Positions 45,921 to 55,428 of a stretch of 64,000 bases of DNA are shown in pieces. The position numbers were made by a program, and so were the translations under genes. Under the pieces are notes generated by a model. The model made no database searches, was not told the origin of the DNA, and saw only the letters and a program-made list of their open reading frames with translations. Position 1 is the stretch's first letter. Each line of letters opens with the position of its first letter. The stretch comes from Acidimicrobiia bacterium (GTDB lineage: Bacteria; Actinomycetota; Acidimicrobiia; Spongiisociales; ZC4RG35): assembly GCA_965203555.1 (NCBI GenBank), contig CBDBCY010000004.1:2144001-2208000 (forward strand), given 5' to 3'.

Positions 45921-46773
45921 CGAGGCTGAGGCATCGGCGCCCGCTTCCTCCGCCAATCTGGGTCCCGGGTTTGATTGCCTGGCGATGGCGCTGGACATCA
46001 GGTGCCGGGTGAAGGCTCGACGCTCTCGAGACTGGGAGGTCCGACATATCGGCCCTCACACCCCCCCTGGGGGATCTTCCGACGCGGTGCTTGACGGTGC
46101 CCGGTCGGCGGTGGGGATCGAGCATCCGCTCAGTATGAAAGTGGACAACCGGATCCCGATCGGCAGCGGACTGGGTTCATCTGCCGCCGCCTATACGGCC
46201 GGCATGGTTGCTGCGTCTCGCTGTATGGAGGAGCCTGTCGACGCCGATCAGATTTATTGGAAAGTGGCGGCACTGGAGGGTCATCCCGACAACGCTGCGG
46301 CCACCGTGTTTGGTGGCCTGGTGCTGGTGGGCGCCGAGGGCAGGGTGCACCAGCTCCGATTGAGCCACAGGTACGGGCTTTTGGTGTTGGTTCCCACCTT
46401 CCGGCTGTTCACCAGTGAATCTCGCAGGGTGGTAGCGGGGACCTTCGATCTGGAGACGGTGATCGGCAGCCTGTCCAGGATGGGCGCCCTGGTGGTGGGC
46501 CTGACCACGGGCAGGTCTGACATGCTGAGTTCGGCCCTGGGCGATGAGATTCACGAATCCAGCCGGAACCGATTGCAGCCCCTGGTGGGCCATTTCATCG
46601 ACGAGGCGCTGGTGGCGGGAGCGGTCTATGCCGCCTGGTCGGGGAGCGGTCCCTCGGTTCTGGTGCTCACCGAGTCGGAGGAGACCGACAGTGTGGCGGT
46701 AGGAATCCAGTCCTCTCTGAAAGATCAGGTGGACATACTCCGTCCCGAAGTGGCCGAGCAGGGCATCATTTGA
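45910..46773 (+). CDS. thrB: Homoserine kinase
   Basis: PASSANLGPGFD, IPIGSGLGSSAA, EGHPDN, SGSGPS. Confidence 0.93.
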   Translation: MTNNEAEASAPASSANLGPGFDCLAMALDIRCRVKARRSRDWEVRHIGPHTPPGGSSDAVLDGARSAVGIEHPLSMKVDNRIPIGSGLGSSAAAYTAGMVAASRCMEEPVDADQIYWKVAALEGHPDNAAATVFGGLVLVGAEGRVHQLRLSHRYGLLVLVPTFRLFTSESRRVVAGTFDLETVIGSLSRMGALVVGLTTGRSDMLSSALGDEIHESSRNRLQPLVGHFIDEALVAGAVYAAWSGSGPSVLVLTESEETDSVAVGIQSSLKDQVDILRPEVAEQGII

Positions 46774-46943
46774 ACTGCCCGGTGGGAGATCCCGCCGGTC
46801 AAAAGGCTTGCCATCCCGTGAAATCCGTCAAAAAAACTGCGGGATGGTTTCCCCACGTTCCCAAGACGTGTTATTCTCAGGTAGACCCCACCTGCCAGGG
46901 TGGACTGATGGGGTGTTCCGATCGGCCAACGAGAAAGCCTATT

Positions 46944-47036
46944 ATGGGTTCGCTTGTCAAAAAGCGTCGCAGAAAAATGTCCAAGCACAAGTATCGCAAG
47001 CGGCGCAAGGCGAATCGTCATAAGAACAAGAAGTAG
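46944..47036 (+). CDS. Small ribosomal protein bS22 (AURKAIP1/COX24/DUF1713 family)
   Basis: MGSLVKKRRRKMSKHKYRKRRKANRHKNKK. Confidence 0.9.
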   Translation: MGSLVKKRRRKMSKHKYRKRRKANRHKNKK

Positions 47037-47110
47037 TCGACTTCGATCCCAAGGGACGATGTTTCGATGATTCCACAGTTTGTGCCGTATTAGTTGAGAA
47101 TCAGGTAGGC

Positions 47111-48301
47111 ATGGCGCCCGATCCCCTCGATTTTCTGGATACGGCCGGTTTGTTGTCGGACTCCGAGCTACTGGTGGCCCAGACGGTGCGGGAGTTCGTA
47201 ACAGACCAGGTGCTGGATGAGATAGGCGGATGGTGGGAGGCGGGAGAGCTTCCCATGGATCTTGTTCCTCAAATGGCCCGGATGGGGATGTTCGGCATGC
47301 ACCTGAAGGGATACGGGTGTGCGGGTATGGGTGCGGTCGAATACGGGATGGCCGCCCTGGAGTTGGAGGCCGGAGATTCGGGGCTTCGCAGTTTCGTTTC
47401 CGTACAGGGGTCACTTTGCATGTTCCCCATCTGGAAGTACGGGTCCGAAGAGCAGAAACAGGAGTGGCTTCCCCGCATGGCCAAAGGCGAAGTAATAGGA
47501 TGTTTCGGCTTGACCGAACCCGACGCGGGAAGTGATCCGGCTTCGATGCGCACAACGGCGCGGCAGGTGGGAGGAGACTGGATCATCGACGGCGCCAAGG
47601 CTTGGATAACCAACGGCGGAGTGGCCGACCTGGCGGTCATCTGGGCCAAGACGCGGGATGGCGTGCGCGGTTTCTTGGTGCCGACCGACGCGTCGGGATT
47701 CGAGGTGCACCCCATCGACCGCAAGGCGAGCATGAGGGCCTCTGTTACCTCCGCCCTGGTTCTCGACGGAGTGAGGGTTCCCGAGGAAATGATGCTGCCG
47801 GGCGTGGCTTCGATGAAAGGACCGTTGTCCTGTCTTACCGAGGCCCGCCTGGGGATTGTGTTCGGAGCGATGGGAGCGGCCCGGGCCTGTTATGAAGCGG
47901 CGCTCGATTACGCCTCAGAACGGATCCAATTCGCCGTGCCCATCTCCTCTTTTCAGCTGACGCAGGCCAAATTGGTGGAGATGATGGTGGCGGTGCAGCG
48001 GGGCACGCTGGTGGCGATCCGGATCGGCCGGCTTCGGGAGGACGGAAAACTGACGCCCCAGCAGGTCTCTTTCGGCAAGTACAACAATGTCCGCGACGCT
48101 CTGGAGGTGGCGCGTACGGCTCGTGGCATCCTGGGCGCCAACGGCATTACCCTTGACTATCCGATCATGCGGCACATGGCGAATCTGGAGACGGTGTACA
48201 CCTACGAGGGAACCCACGAGATACACACCTTGATCCTCGGCGCCACCATCACCGGGATTCCGGCGTTTCATGCACCGCACGCCTCGGGAAGGAGACAATG
48301 A
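47111..48301 (+). CDS. Acyl-CoA dehydrogenase, glutaryl-CoA dehydrogenase-like
   Basis: DSGLRSFVSVQGSL, GCFGLTEPDAGSDP, RHMANLETVYTYEGTHEIH. Confidence 0.9.
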   Translation: MAPDPLDFLDTAGLLSDSELLVAQTVREFVTDQVLDEIGGWWEAGELPMDLVPQMARMGMFGMHLKGYGCAGMGAVEYGMAALELEAGDSGLRSFVSVQGSLCMFPIWKYGSEEQKQEWLPRMAKGEVIGCFGLTEPDAGSDPASMRTTARQVGGDWIIDGAKAWITNGGVADLAVIWAKTRDGVRGFLVPTDASGFEVHPIDRKASMRASVTSALVLDGVRVPEEMMLPGVASMKGPLSCLTEARLGIVFGAMGAARACYEAALDYASERIQFAVPISSFQLTQAKLVEMMVAVQRGTLVAIRIGRLREDGKLTPQQVSFGKYNNVRDALEVARTARGILGANGITLDYPIMRHMANLETVYTYEGTHEIHTLILGATITGIPAFHAPHASGRRQ

Positions 48302-48765
48302 TGGGAAACGGAACGGTGACTGTGGCGGAGTTGAAGGAGATGGTGGGCACCGAAGTTGGAGTCTCCGACTGGTTCACGGTGACCCAGGACCGTATTGACG
48401 ATTTTGCCGACGCCACCTTGGACCACCAGTTCATTCACGTCGATCCGGCGCGGGCAGCGACCGAGTCTCCTTTCGGGGTCACCATCGCCCACGGTTTCCT
48501 GACGCTTTCTCTCCTCCCTCACCTTGGATCGGGTGTTAAATTGCTGCCGGAGGGCGCCAAAGTTGAGATCAACTACGGGACCGAAAAGGTGCGTTTTCTG
48601 GCGCCGGTTCCGGTGGACAGCCAGATCCGCGCCCGGGTTGCCCTGGCAGACGTGACCGAACGCCGTCCGGGTCAGTTTCTCATCAAGAGAACGATCACCG
48701 TGGAAATCAAGGGCGGCGATCGGCCGGCCCTGGTAGCCGAAACCCTGACCCTGGTCATTACCTGA
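48298..48765 (+). CDS. MaoC family dehydratase
   Basis: FADATLDHQFIHVDP, TIAHGFLTLSL, NYGTEKVRF. Confidence 0.92.
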   Translation: MMGNGTVTVAELKEMVGTEVGVSDWFTVTQDRIDDFADATLDHQFIHVDPARAATESPFGVTIAHGFLTLSLLPHLGSGVKLLPEGAKVEINYGTEKVRFLAPVPVDSQIRARVALADVTERRPGQFLIKRTITVEIKGGDRPALVAETLTLVIT

Positions 48766-48802
48766 TGCTGAAACAGCGCGCAGGCCAGGACGAGGCAAGT
48801 AT

Positions 48803-50761
48803 CTAGGAGGCCTTTTCCTCATCCCCGGTAGCTGTTCGCTGACGTACTACTTGCCCAAGGTGGCGGTCGTGCCAGGAAAGGATGTACTCGAAACGCTCCA
48901 CGCGGTGGCGGGGCGCTCCGCTGCGGCTCAGTTCGTGGCCTTCGTCGGGAAATCGAATCATCTCCACATCGACCCCATTGCGCAGCAGAGCCGTGAAGAA
49001 CTGTTCTGCCTGGCCGATCGGGCAACGTAGGTCGTTCTCGGAATGGATAACGAGGGTGGGGGTGGTAACCCGTCCCGCCGAAGCGAGGGGACTGGCATCC
49101 CACAACGCATGATGGTCGCCGGCCGTGGCCGGATACAGGTACAAACCCGAGAAGTCGCGGTTGATGTCCGAGGTTCCCCCGAAGGACTCCCAGTCGATCA
49201 GGGCCCGTTCCACGATCGCTGACTGGTAGCGATCATCCCGGGCGATCGCCCAAGCTGTGAGAAATCCTCCGTAGGAGCCCCCCATAATCCCCACACGGGA
49301 CTGATCGAGGCGAGCGTCTCGCCGGATGGCTTCATCTATGACTGCGGTAATGTCCTCCATGTCGACCACGCCCCAGCCTGGGCCCGTGACGGCGCGTAAC
49401 CACTCAAGACCTCGTCCCTCCGATCCGCGGGGGTTGGCGGCGACCACCGCGTAGCCTGCGGAGGCGTAGACCTGGAACTCGTCGAAAAAGTAGAAGCCGT
49501 ACTCCGAAGCCGGGCCTCCGTGGATGTTGAGGAGCACCGGGTAGGGGCCTTCGCCATCGGGGACATACACCCATGCATCCACCTCAACTCCCGGTGCGCT
49601 CTCGGCCTGGAAGAACCCGGGACGTACCAATCCGCCGCCTGATCTGATCTCCCGGTTGAAAGAAGTGAGGCACCGCTCCTCCCCATCGGGGGTCCGCTCG
49701 TAAAGCTCACCCGGACAAGTGGGGTGGGTGGCGGTGAAGACCAGCCTATCCGAAGATGCCCTTGACAACCCGGTGATGTACCGGTCACCATCCAGTACGG
49801 TTGAAGGGTTACCTTCGTCGTCGAACGCCACTATGTGACCGCGGCCCCGATCCAGCACGCTGCAAAGAAAACCCTCATCCAGCCAGATCGGTGTTTCCAG
49901 GGCGGATGGGACGGCCAGACCGTTGATGCTCCGGCCGATGTGACCGGTTAGATCCACCGGCGGTTCGTCCAGGCGCCACAGGGAGAAGACGTAGGGATAA
50001 TCGGGGGTGGGGTTACCTATCCCGTATAGAGTTCCGGCAGGATCGTAGTCGACCAGGTAGTAGCCGGAACGCTGGGCCCGCAGGGTCTCGGCGCCGCTTT
50101 CCAGGTCCACCTCCACCACCTCGACCCCCTCCTCAAGTAGTCGCGGGTTGTCACGGCGGGTGACCATCGCCACCCTGGCGCCGTCCGGAGACCACGCCAA
50201 GCCTGACTCGTTCTCCTCGGAGGTCCCCACCCGCCGGGGCGCCGTCTCGCCACCCGGTTCGACCAGGTAGGCGTAGCTACGGCGATCATGCAGCCATCCC
50301 TGGTTGTCCAATCGGGCTTCGAACCCGGTGATGCGCCGGGGACGCCGCGCCCGTTCATCCTCGTCGAGGTCTGCCCACTCCCCGAACCACTCCGTCGCCA
50401 GCACCACGAGGCGCGAACCGTCGGGAGACCAGACCGGCGCCCGCACTCCAAGCTCGAATGAGGTGACCACCCGGGCCTCTCCACCGTCGGAGGGCATGAT
50501 GGCCAGTTGTTGCGGGTCGGTGCGTTCCGTTCCTTTTCTCAGGAAGGCCAGTGACCTGCCGTCCGGCGACCAGCGGGGCGCTGCATCTCCGGACCCGAAG
50601 GTCAACTGCCGCGCTTCGCCGTCCCAGAGCCACAGCGACGATCGGTAACGGTCCTCGTCGAGGTCGATGGTGGTAACCACAAATGCGATCCGCCGGCCGT
50701 CCGGATGGATCTGAGGATCGGATACGGAAGTAATGAGGGAAATTTCTGCCGGTTGCATCAC
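48803..50761 (-). CDS. S9 family (acylaminoacyl/prolyl oligo-) peptidase
   Basis: WSPDG propeller repeats, IHGGP, GGSYGG, DLRC, EGHEL. Confidence 0.93.
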   Translation of the reverse strand: MMQPAEISLITSVSDPQIHPDGRRIAFVVTTIDLDEDRYRSSLWLWDGEARQLTFGSGDAAPRWSPDGRSLAFLRKGTERTDPQQLAIMPSDGGEARVVTSFELGVRAPVWSPDGSRLVVLATEWFGEWADLDEDERARRPRRITGFEARLDNQGWLHDRRSYAYLVEPGGETAPRRVGTSEENESGLAWSPDGARVAMVTRRDNPRLLEEGVEVVEVDLESGAETLRAQRSGYYLVDYDPAGTLYGIGNPTPDYPYVFSLWRLDEPPVDLTGHIGRSINGLAVPSALETPIWLDEGFLCSVLDRGRGHIVAFDDEGNPSTVLDGDRYITGLSRASSDRLVFTATHPTCPGELYERTPDGEERCLTSFNREIRSGGGLVRPGFFQAESAPGVEVDAWVYVPDGEGPYPVLLNIHGGPASEYGFYFFDEFQVYASAGYAVVAANPRGSEGRGLEWLRAVTGPGWGVVDMEDITAVIDEAIRRDARLDQSRVGIMGGSYGGFLTAWAIARDDRYQSAIVERALIDWESFGGTSDINRDFSGLYLYPATAGDHHALWDASPLASAGRVTTPTLVIHSENDLRCPIGQAEQFFTALLRNGVDVEMIRFPDEGHELSRSGAPRHRVERFEYILSWHDRHLGQVVRQRTATGDEEKAS

Positions 50762-50954
50762 ATCCGAGCGTAGTGACTATCTGAAGATACGTTTCTCTCG
50801 ATTCTCTGGCCGAAGCTGAGTGCAACTCGGTCGGAGGCGCGGGAGACCGATGGGACAGGGGGAAGAAGGAGGGTAGTTCCCCAGTTGCCGAGGTCGGTGT
50901 AGAGTAGCGTAAGGTTGCGTTGGGGGCTTCACCGCCCGAGGCAGAAGGAGCACC

Positions 50955-52535
50955 TTGCAGTACGGTTTCGTTATCGACCAGACGGCATGTATCGGCTGCC
51001 ATGCCTGTACGGTGGCGTGCAAGACCGAACACGACGTTCCTCTCGGCGTGAACCGCACCTGGGTGAAGTACATCGAGTCGGGAACGTGGCCCGACACGAA
51101 GCGGTCGTTCTCGGTCATGCGCTGCAACCACTGCTCTGACGCCCCCTGTGTGTCGATCTGCCCTACCGGCGCACTCTTCCGCCGATCAGACGGCATCGTC
51201 GACTTCGACACCAGCCTGTGTATCGGCTGCAAGAGTTGCATGCAGGCGTGTCCCTACGACGCGCTGTACATCGATCCTGTGGACCATACCGCCCAAAAGT
51301 GCAACTACTGCGTGCACCGCGTGGAAGTGGGGCTGGAACCGGCCTGCGTGGTGGTATGTCCCGAGGGCGCCATAATCTCGGGCGACCTTGACGATCCCAC
51401 CACGCCCATCTCGCGCCTCCTGCAAGCGGAGCAGTTGAGTCAGCGGTCCTTGGAGCAGGGTACGAGGCCGAACCTCTGGTACCGGGGTGTGGAGGAGGCG
51501 GGGATCGATCCCCTGGGCGCCGTCAACCCCGGGGACGGAGGGATCTGGGGTGACCCGGCGCCGTCGTTCATGACGGTCGACCTGACGCCGCCGACAGGGA
51601 AGAAAGCGAACGGAGGGCCAGGAAGCCGGTCGCAGTGGCGGAACGGAGGGACCGACGACCCTCCTCGAGTCGTGTACAACACCGACCACCCGATGCCGTG
51701 GGGATGGCGGGTGTCGAGTTACTTTCTCACCAAGGGGATCTCGGCAGGCATCGTGATGGCGCTTGCGCTCTCACTTCTTGATGGGGCTGACCCCCAGAGT
51801 GCGTTCGCCCGATGGGGCGCCCCGCTGATAGCCGGGATCTTTTTGGCGCTCACCGGCGTACTGCTGGTGGCGGACCTCAAACGGCCCGACCGTTTCCACT
51901 ACCTGCTGACGAAAGGCAATGCCGGATCGTGGCTGGTGAAAGGCGCCTGGATCCTCTCGGCCCATGCGGTGATCCTGGGTTTGTGGTTCATTTTCGGTCT
52001 GGCCGGCGCGAGTTTCATTGCGGTGCTGATCTGGGCATCGGCGGCGGTCGGGCTCGGCGTGGCCGGCTACACCGCTTTCCTGTTCGGTCAAGCAGAGGGT
52101 CGGGACCTCTGGCAAAGTCCGACGCTTCTCTGGCACATGCTGGCCGGATCGCTGGCGGCGGGAGGCGGCGCGGGGCTGCTGGTTGCCGGGGTCTTCGATC
52201 TGGGAGCGTCGTCCCGGCGGACATTCGCTTGGGCGCTTGTCGCCGGAGCGGCGGCGCTGGCCCTCATCGCGGCGGTCGAACTCGCTTCACGGCATCCGAC
52301 CCGCAACCACGCGGCGGGCATGCATCACCTGACAAAGGGCGCCCATGCCATCCAGTGGTGGCTGGGAGGACAGGTGATCGGGGTGGTGGTGCCACTGGTG
52401 CTGGGAACGGTGTTCCTGGCCGGATCAGGCGTTCCCCTGTGGGTGTCTCAACTGGGCGGGCTGGCCGCCCTGGTCGGGATCTGGTTCGCCGACGACGCGT
52501 TCGTCAGGGCGGGCCAGAGCGTGCCCCTGTCGTGA
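50955..52535 (+). CDS. Fused 4x[4Fe-4S] electron-transfer subunit (DmsB/NrfC-like) and NrfD/PsrC-like membrane anchor
   Basis: CIGCHACTVAC, CNHCSDAPCVSICP, CIGCKSCMQACPY, KCNYC...CVVVCP; then WGWRVSSYF, DLKRPDRF and about 8 TMs. TTG start with AAGGAG SD. Confidence 0.9.
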   Translation: MQYGFVIDQTACIGCHACTVACKTEHDVPLGVNRTWVKYIESGTWPDTKRSFSVMRCNHCSDAPCVSICPTGALFRRSDGIVDFDTSLCIGCKSCMQACPYDALYIDPVDHTAQKCNYCVHRVEVGLEPACVVVCPEGAIISGDLDDPTTPISRLLQAEQLSQRSLEQGTRPNLWYRGVEEAGIDPLGAVNPGDGGIWGDPAPSFMTVDLTPPTGKKANGGPGSRSQWRNGGTDDPPRVVYNTDHPMPWGWRVSSYFLTKGISAGIVMALALSLLDGADPQSAFARWGAPLIAGIFLALTGVLLVADLKRPDRFHYLLTKGNAGSWLVKGAWILSAHAVILGLWFIFGLAGASFIAVLIWASAAVGLGVAGYTAFLFGQAEGRDLWQSPTLLWHMLAGSLAAGGGAGLLVAGVFDLGASSRRTFAWALVAGAAALALIAAVELASRHPTRNHAAGMHHLTKGAHAIQWWLGGQVIGVVVPLVLGTVFLAGSGVPLWVSQLGGLAALVGIWFADDAFVRAGQSVPLS

Positions 52536-52558
52536 ACGCGGCGAAGGATTCGGAGAAC

Positions 52559-55303
52559 ATGACCACCAAGCCGGACCAGCCCCCTTCGGACCGGATACCT
52601 CGGCTGGTCCCCGGGACAGGCCTGGTGTCTTTCCCACCCGCCGAAAGGTGGGATGATTGGGAGGAGTATGACGCCAAGGCGTGGCCCGATCGGGTGAAGC
52701 GTCGTTACCGCCTGGTGCCGACCACCTGTTTCAACTGCGAGGCCGGGTGCGGGCTGCTGGCCTATGTCGACAAGGACAACGGCCAGGTCCGGCGTTTTGA
52801 AGGCAACCCCGAACATCCCGGGTCGAGAGGTCGCAACTGCGCAAAGGGCCCGGCCACCCTGAACCAGATGTACGACCCCGAGCGGATCCTCCACCCGCTG
52901 CGCAGATCCGGGAAGCGAGGCGACGGCAAATGGGAGCAGGTCTCATGGGAGGAGGCGCTCGGGGATATAGCGTCGCGAATCCGGCGGGCGCTTCGAGAGG
53001 ACCGTCACGACGAGATCATCTACCACGTGGGCCGGCCCGGCGAGGACGGGTTCATCGACCGGATCCTGCGGTCCTGGGGGGTGGACGGGCACAACAGCCA
53101 CACCAACATCTGCTCGTCGGGGGCTCGCACCGGCTACGCCATGTGGATGGGCTACGACCGCCCTTCTGCGGACTTCGCCAACGCCCGGTTCATCCTCCTG
53201 CTGTCCGCTCAACTCGAGTCGGGTCACTATTTCAATCCCCACGCCCAGCGGATCATCGAGGCCCGCCAGCGCGGCGGGAAGGTGGCTACGATCGACCCGC
53301 GCCTCTCCAATACCGCCTCGATGTCCGACTACTGGCTCTCCCCCTGGCCCGGTACCGAGGCGGCGATGTTGCTGGCCATAGCCGCCCGCCTTCTGGAGTG
53401 GGACGCGGTTGATCACGACTTCGTGCGAAGGTGGGTCAACTGGGAAGACTCGCTTCAGGCCCGGGCGCCGCAGCGGCCCCGGACCTATGAGAGCTTTGTC
53501 GAGCTGTTGAGGCAGACCTATGCACCCTACACGATCGAGTACGCCGCCGAGGAGACCGGCGTCGACGCATGGCGGATCGAAGCCGTGGCAAGGGGCATCG
53601 CCGACGCCGGGTCCCGTTTTGCCTCTCACACGTGGAGAGCGGCCGGATCCGGCAACCTGGGAGGCTGGCAGGTGGCTCGGTGTCTCTTCTTCCTGCATGT
53701 CCTGACCGGATCGGTGGGGACGGAAGGCGGCACTTCCCCGAGTGCCTGGGACAAATTCAAGCCCGATCACTGGAACATGCCGCCGCCGGCCAATCGCTGG
53801 AACGAGTTGATCTGGCCGAACGAGTTCCCTCTCAGTCATTACGAGATGAGTTACCTGTTGCCCCACTTTCTCAAGGAGGGGAGGGGTCGTGTCGAGGTCT
53901 ACTTCACCCGGGTCTACAACCCGGTGTGGACCAACCCCGACGGATTCACCTGGATCGAGGCTCTTACCGACCCCGACCGGGTCGGTCTCCACGTAGCGCT
54001 CACTCCTACCTGGTCGGAGTCAGCGTGGTTCGCCGACTACGTCCTGCCCATGGGGGTGGGCGCCGAGCGGCACGACACCCACTCCTACGAGACCCACGCC
54101 GCCCGGTGGCTGGGATTCCGCCAGCCGGTGCTGCGGGTGGCCGGAGAGCGGGACGGGCAGCAATACCAGCGCACCTACCAGGCCAACCCGGGAGAGGTGT
54201 GGGAGGAGAACGAATTCTGGATCGACCTGTCGTGGCGGATCGATCCCGATGGGTCGCTGGGGATCCGGCAATGGTACGAGTCTCCCAACGATCCGTCCCG
54301 TCCGGTCAGCGTTGACGAGTACTACGGGTGGATGTTCGACAACTCGGTTCCCGGACTGCCACGGGCAGCCGCCCGGCAAGGTCTCACCGCCCTCGAGTAC
54401 ATGCGCAAGTACGGCGCCTTCGAGATCGACCGCGATCGGTACCTTCTAAACGAAGCGGCAGTAGGCCCCGAGCAGCCCGGGGTGGAAGTCGACGGAGAGC
54501 GCAAGAGTGGCTTCACCTCCCCCTCCCGCCTCCTCGAATGGCACTCGGAGACGCTCGTGGACTGGAACTGGCCCGACGCGGCCATTCCCACCTACCTCAA
54601 GTCCCATGTCCACTGGCGGGATCTTGACTTGGAGGGGACCGAGCGCATCCTGCTTCCCATCTTCCGGCTCCCCACCCTGATCCACACCCGGTCGGGCAAC
54701 GCCAAGTACCTGTACGAGATCAGCCATGGCCATCCGCTGTGGATGAACCCGATCGACGCCGATCAACTCGGATTCGCCACCGGCGACCTGGTGCGGATCA
54801 GCACCGATATCGGATACTTCGTCATGCGGGCCTGGAGAACCGAGGGTCTTCGTCCCGGGGTGGTGGCGGCCTCCCATCATATGGGACGCTGGCGTCTGGA
54901 CCCCAAGATGGGAAACGAACGCTGGTCATCGGCCCTGGTGGACATAGGGCGCCGGGACGGCGGGTGGCTGTTGCGGCATAAGTCCGGCATCGAACCCTTC
55001 CGCTCGGACGATCCCGACAGCGAACGCATCTGGTGGCGGGACCCCGGCGTCCACCAGAACCTGGCTTTCCCCGTCCATCCCGACCCGGTGTCGGGCATGC
55101 ACGCCTGGCACCAACGGGTCCGTCTTACACCGGCCGAACCCGAGGATCGGTACGGGGATGTCTTCGTCGACACCGAAAGGTCTCACCAGATCTATCGGGA
55201 GTGGATGGAGCGTACCCGTCCCGGACCAGGACCGGAAGGCCTGCGCCGTCCCCGCTGGCTCACCAGGCCACTGCCGCCCGTACCCGAGGCCTACCGGACC
55301 TGA
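52559..55303 (+). CDS. Molybdopterin (bis-MGD, DMSO reductase family) oxidoreductase catalytic subunit, no TAT signal
   Basis: FS0 motif TCFNCEAGC...NCAKG, NSHTNIC, IDPRLS, ADYVLP, C-terminal MNPIDA..LG..TGDLV; GGAG SD before ATG 52559 (alternative GTG 52532). Confidence 0.9.
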   Translation: MTTKPDQPPSDRIPRLVPGTGLVSFPPAERWDDWEEYDAKAWPDRVKRRYRLVPTTCFNCEAGCGLLAYVDKDNGQVRRFEGNPEHPGSRGRNCAKGPATLNQMYDPERILHPLRRSGKRGDGKWEQVSWEEALGDIASRIRRALREDRHDEIIYHVGRPGEDGFIDRILRSWGVDGHNSHTNICSSGARTGYAMWMGYDRPSADFANARFILLLSAQLESGHYFNPHAQRIIEARQRGGKVATIDPRLSNTASMSDYWLSPWPGTEAAMLLAIAARLLEWDAVDHDFVRRWVNWEDSLQARAPQRPRTYESFVELLRQTYAPYTIEYAAEETGVDAWRIEAVARGIADAGSRFASHTWRAAGSGNLGGWQVARCLFFLHVLTGSVGTEGGTSPSAWDKFKPDHWNMPPPANRWNELIWPNEFPLSHYEMSYLLPHFLKEGRGRVEVYFTRVYNPVWTNPDGFTWIEALTDPDRVGLHVALTPTWSESAWFADYVLPMGVGAERHDTHSYETHAARWLGFRQPVLRVAGERDGQQYQRTYQANPGEVWEENEFWIDLSWRIDPDGSLGIRQWYESPNDPSRPVSVDEYYGWMFDNSVPGLPRAAARQGLTALEYMRKYGAFEIDRDRYLLNEAAVGPEQPGVEVDGERKSGFTSPSRLLEWHSETLVDWNWPDAAIPTYLKSHVHWRDLDLEGTERILLPIFRLPTLIHTRSGNAKYLYEISHGHPLWMNPIDADQLGFATGDLVRISTDIGYFVMRAWRTEGLRPGVVAASHHMGRWRLDPKMGNERWSSALVDIGRRDGGWLLRHKSGIEPFRSDDPDSERIWWRDPGVHQNLAFPVHPDPVSGMHAWHQRVRLTPAEPEDRYGDVFVDTERSHQIYREWMERTRPGPGPEGLRRPRWLTRPLPPVPEAYRT

Positions 55304-55428
55304 CCACCCCGCGAAACCTGCCGGCCAGGGCCTGAGAATGGTGCGCCCGGGCTTGGTGGACAGACCCTCGCCGATCACATGGGTCGGCGTCTCTTCGTTT
55401 TAGCGACGGCCGACTCGACCGGATCGGG

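Noticed and set aside
50770-50954. Moco/Wco riboswitch upstream of the molybdoenzyme operon
   Set aside because: Some hairpins are present but I could not match the conserved riboswitch elements; an Rfam scan would be needed.
51812-52558. N-terminal 249 aa of the 1163-aa molybdoenzyme ORF
   Set aside because: Overlaps the NrfD coding region in another frame; an SD and a plausible start lie at 52559.
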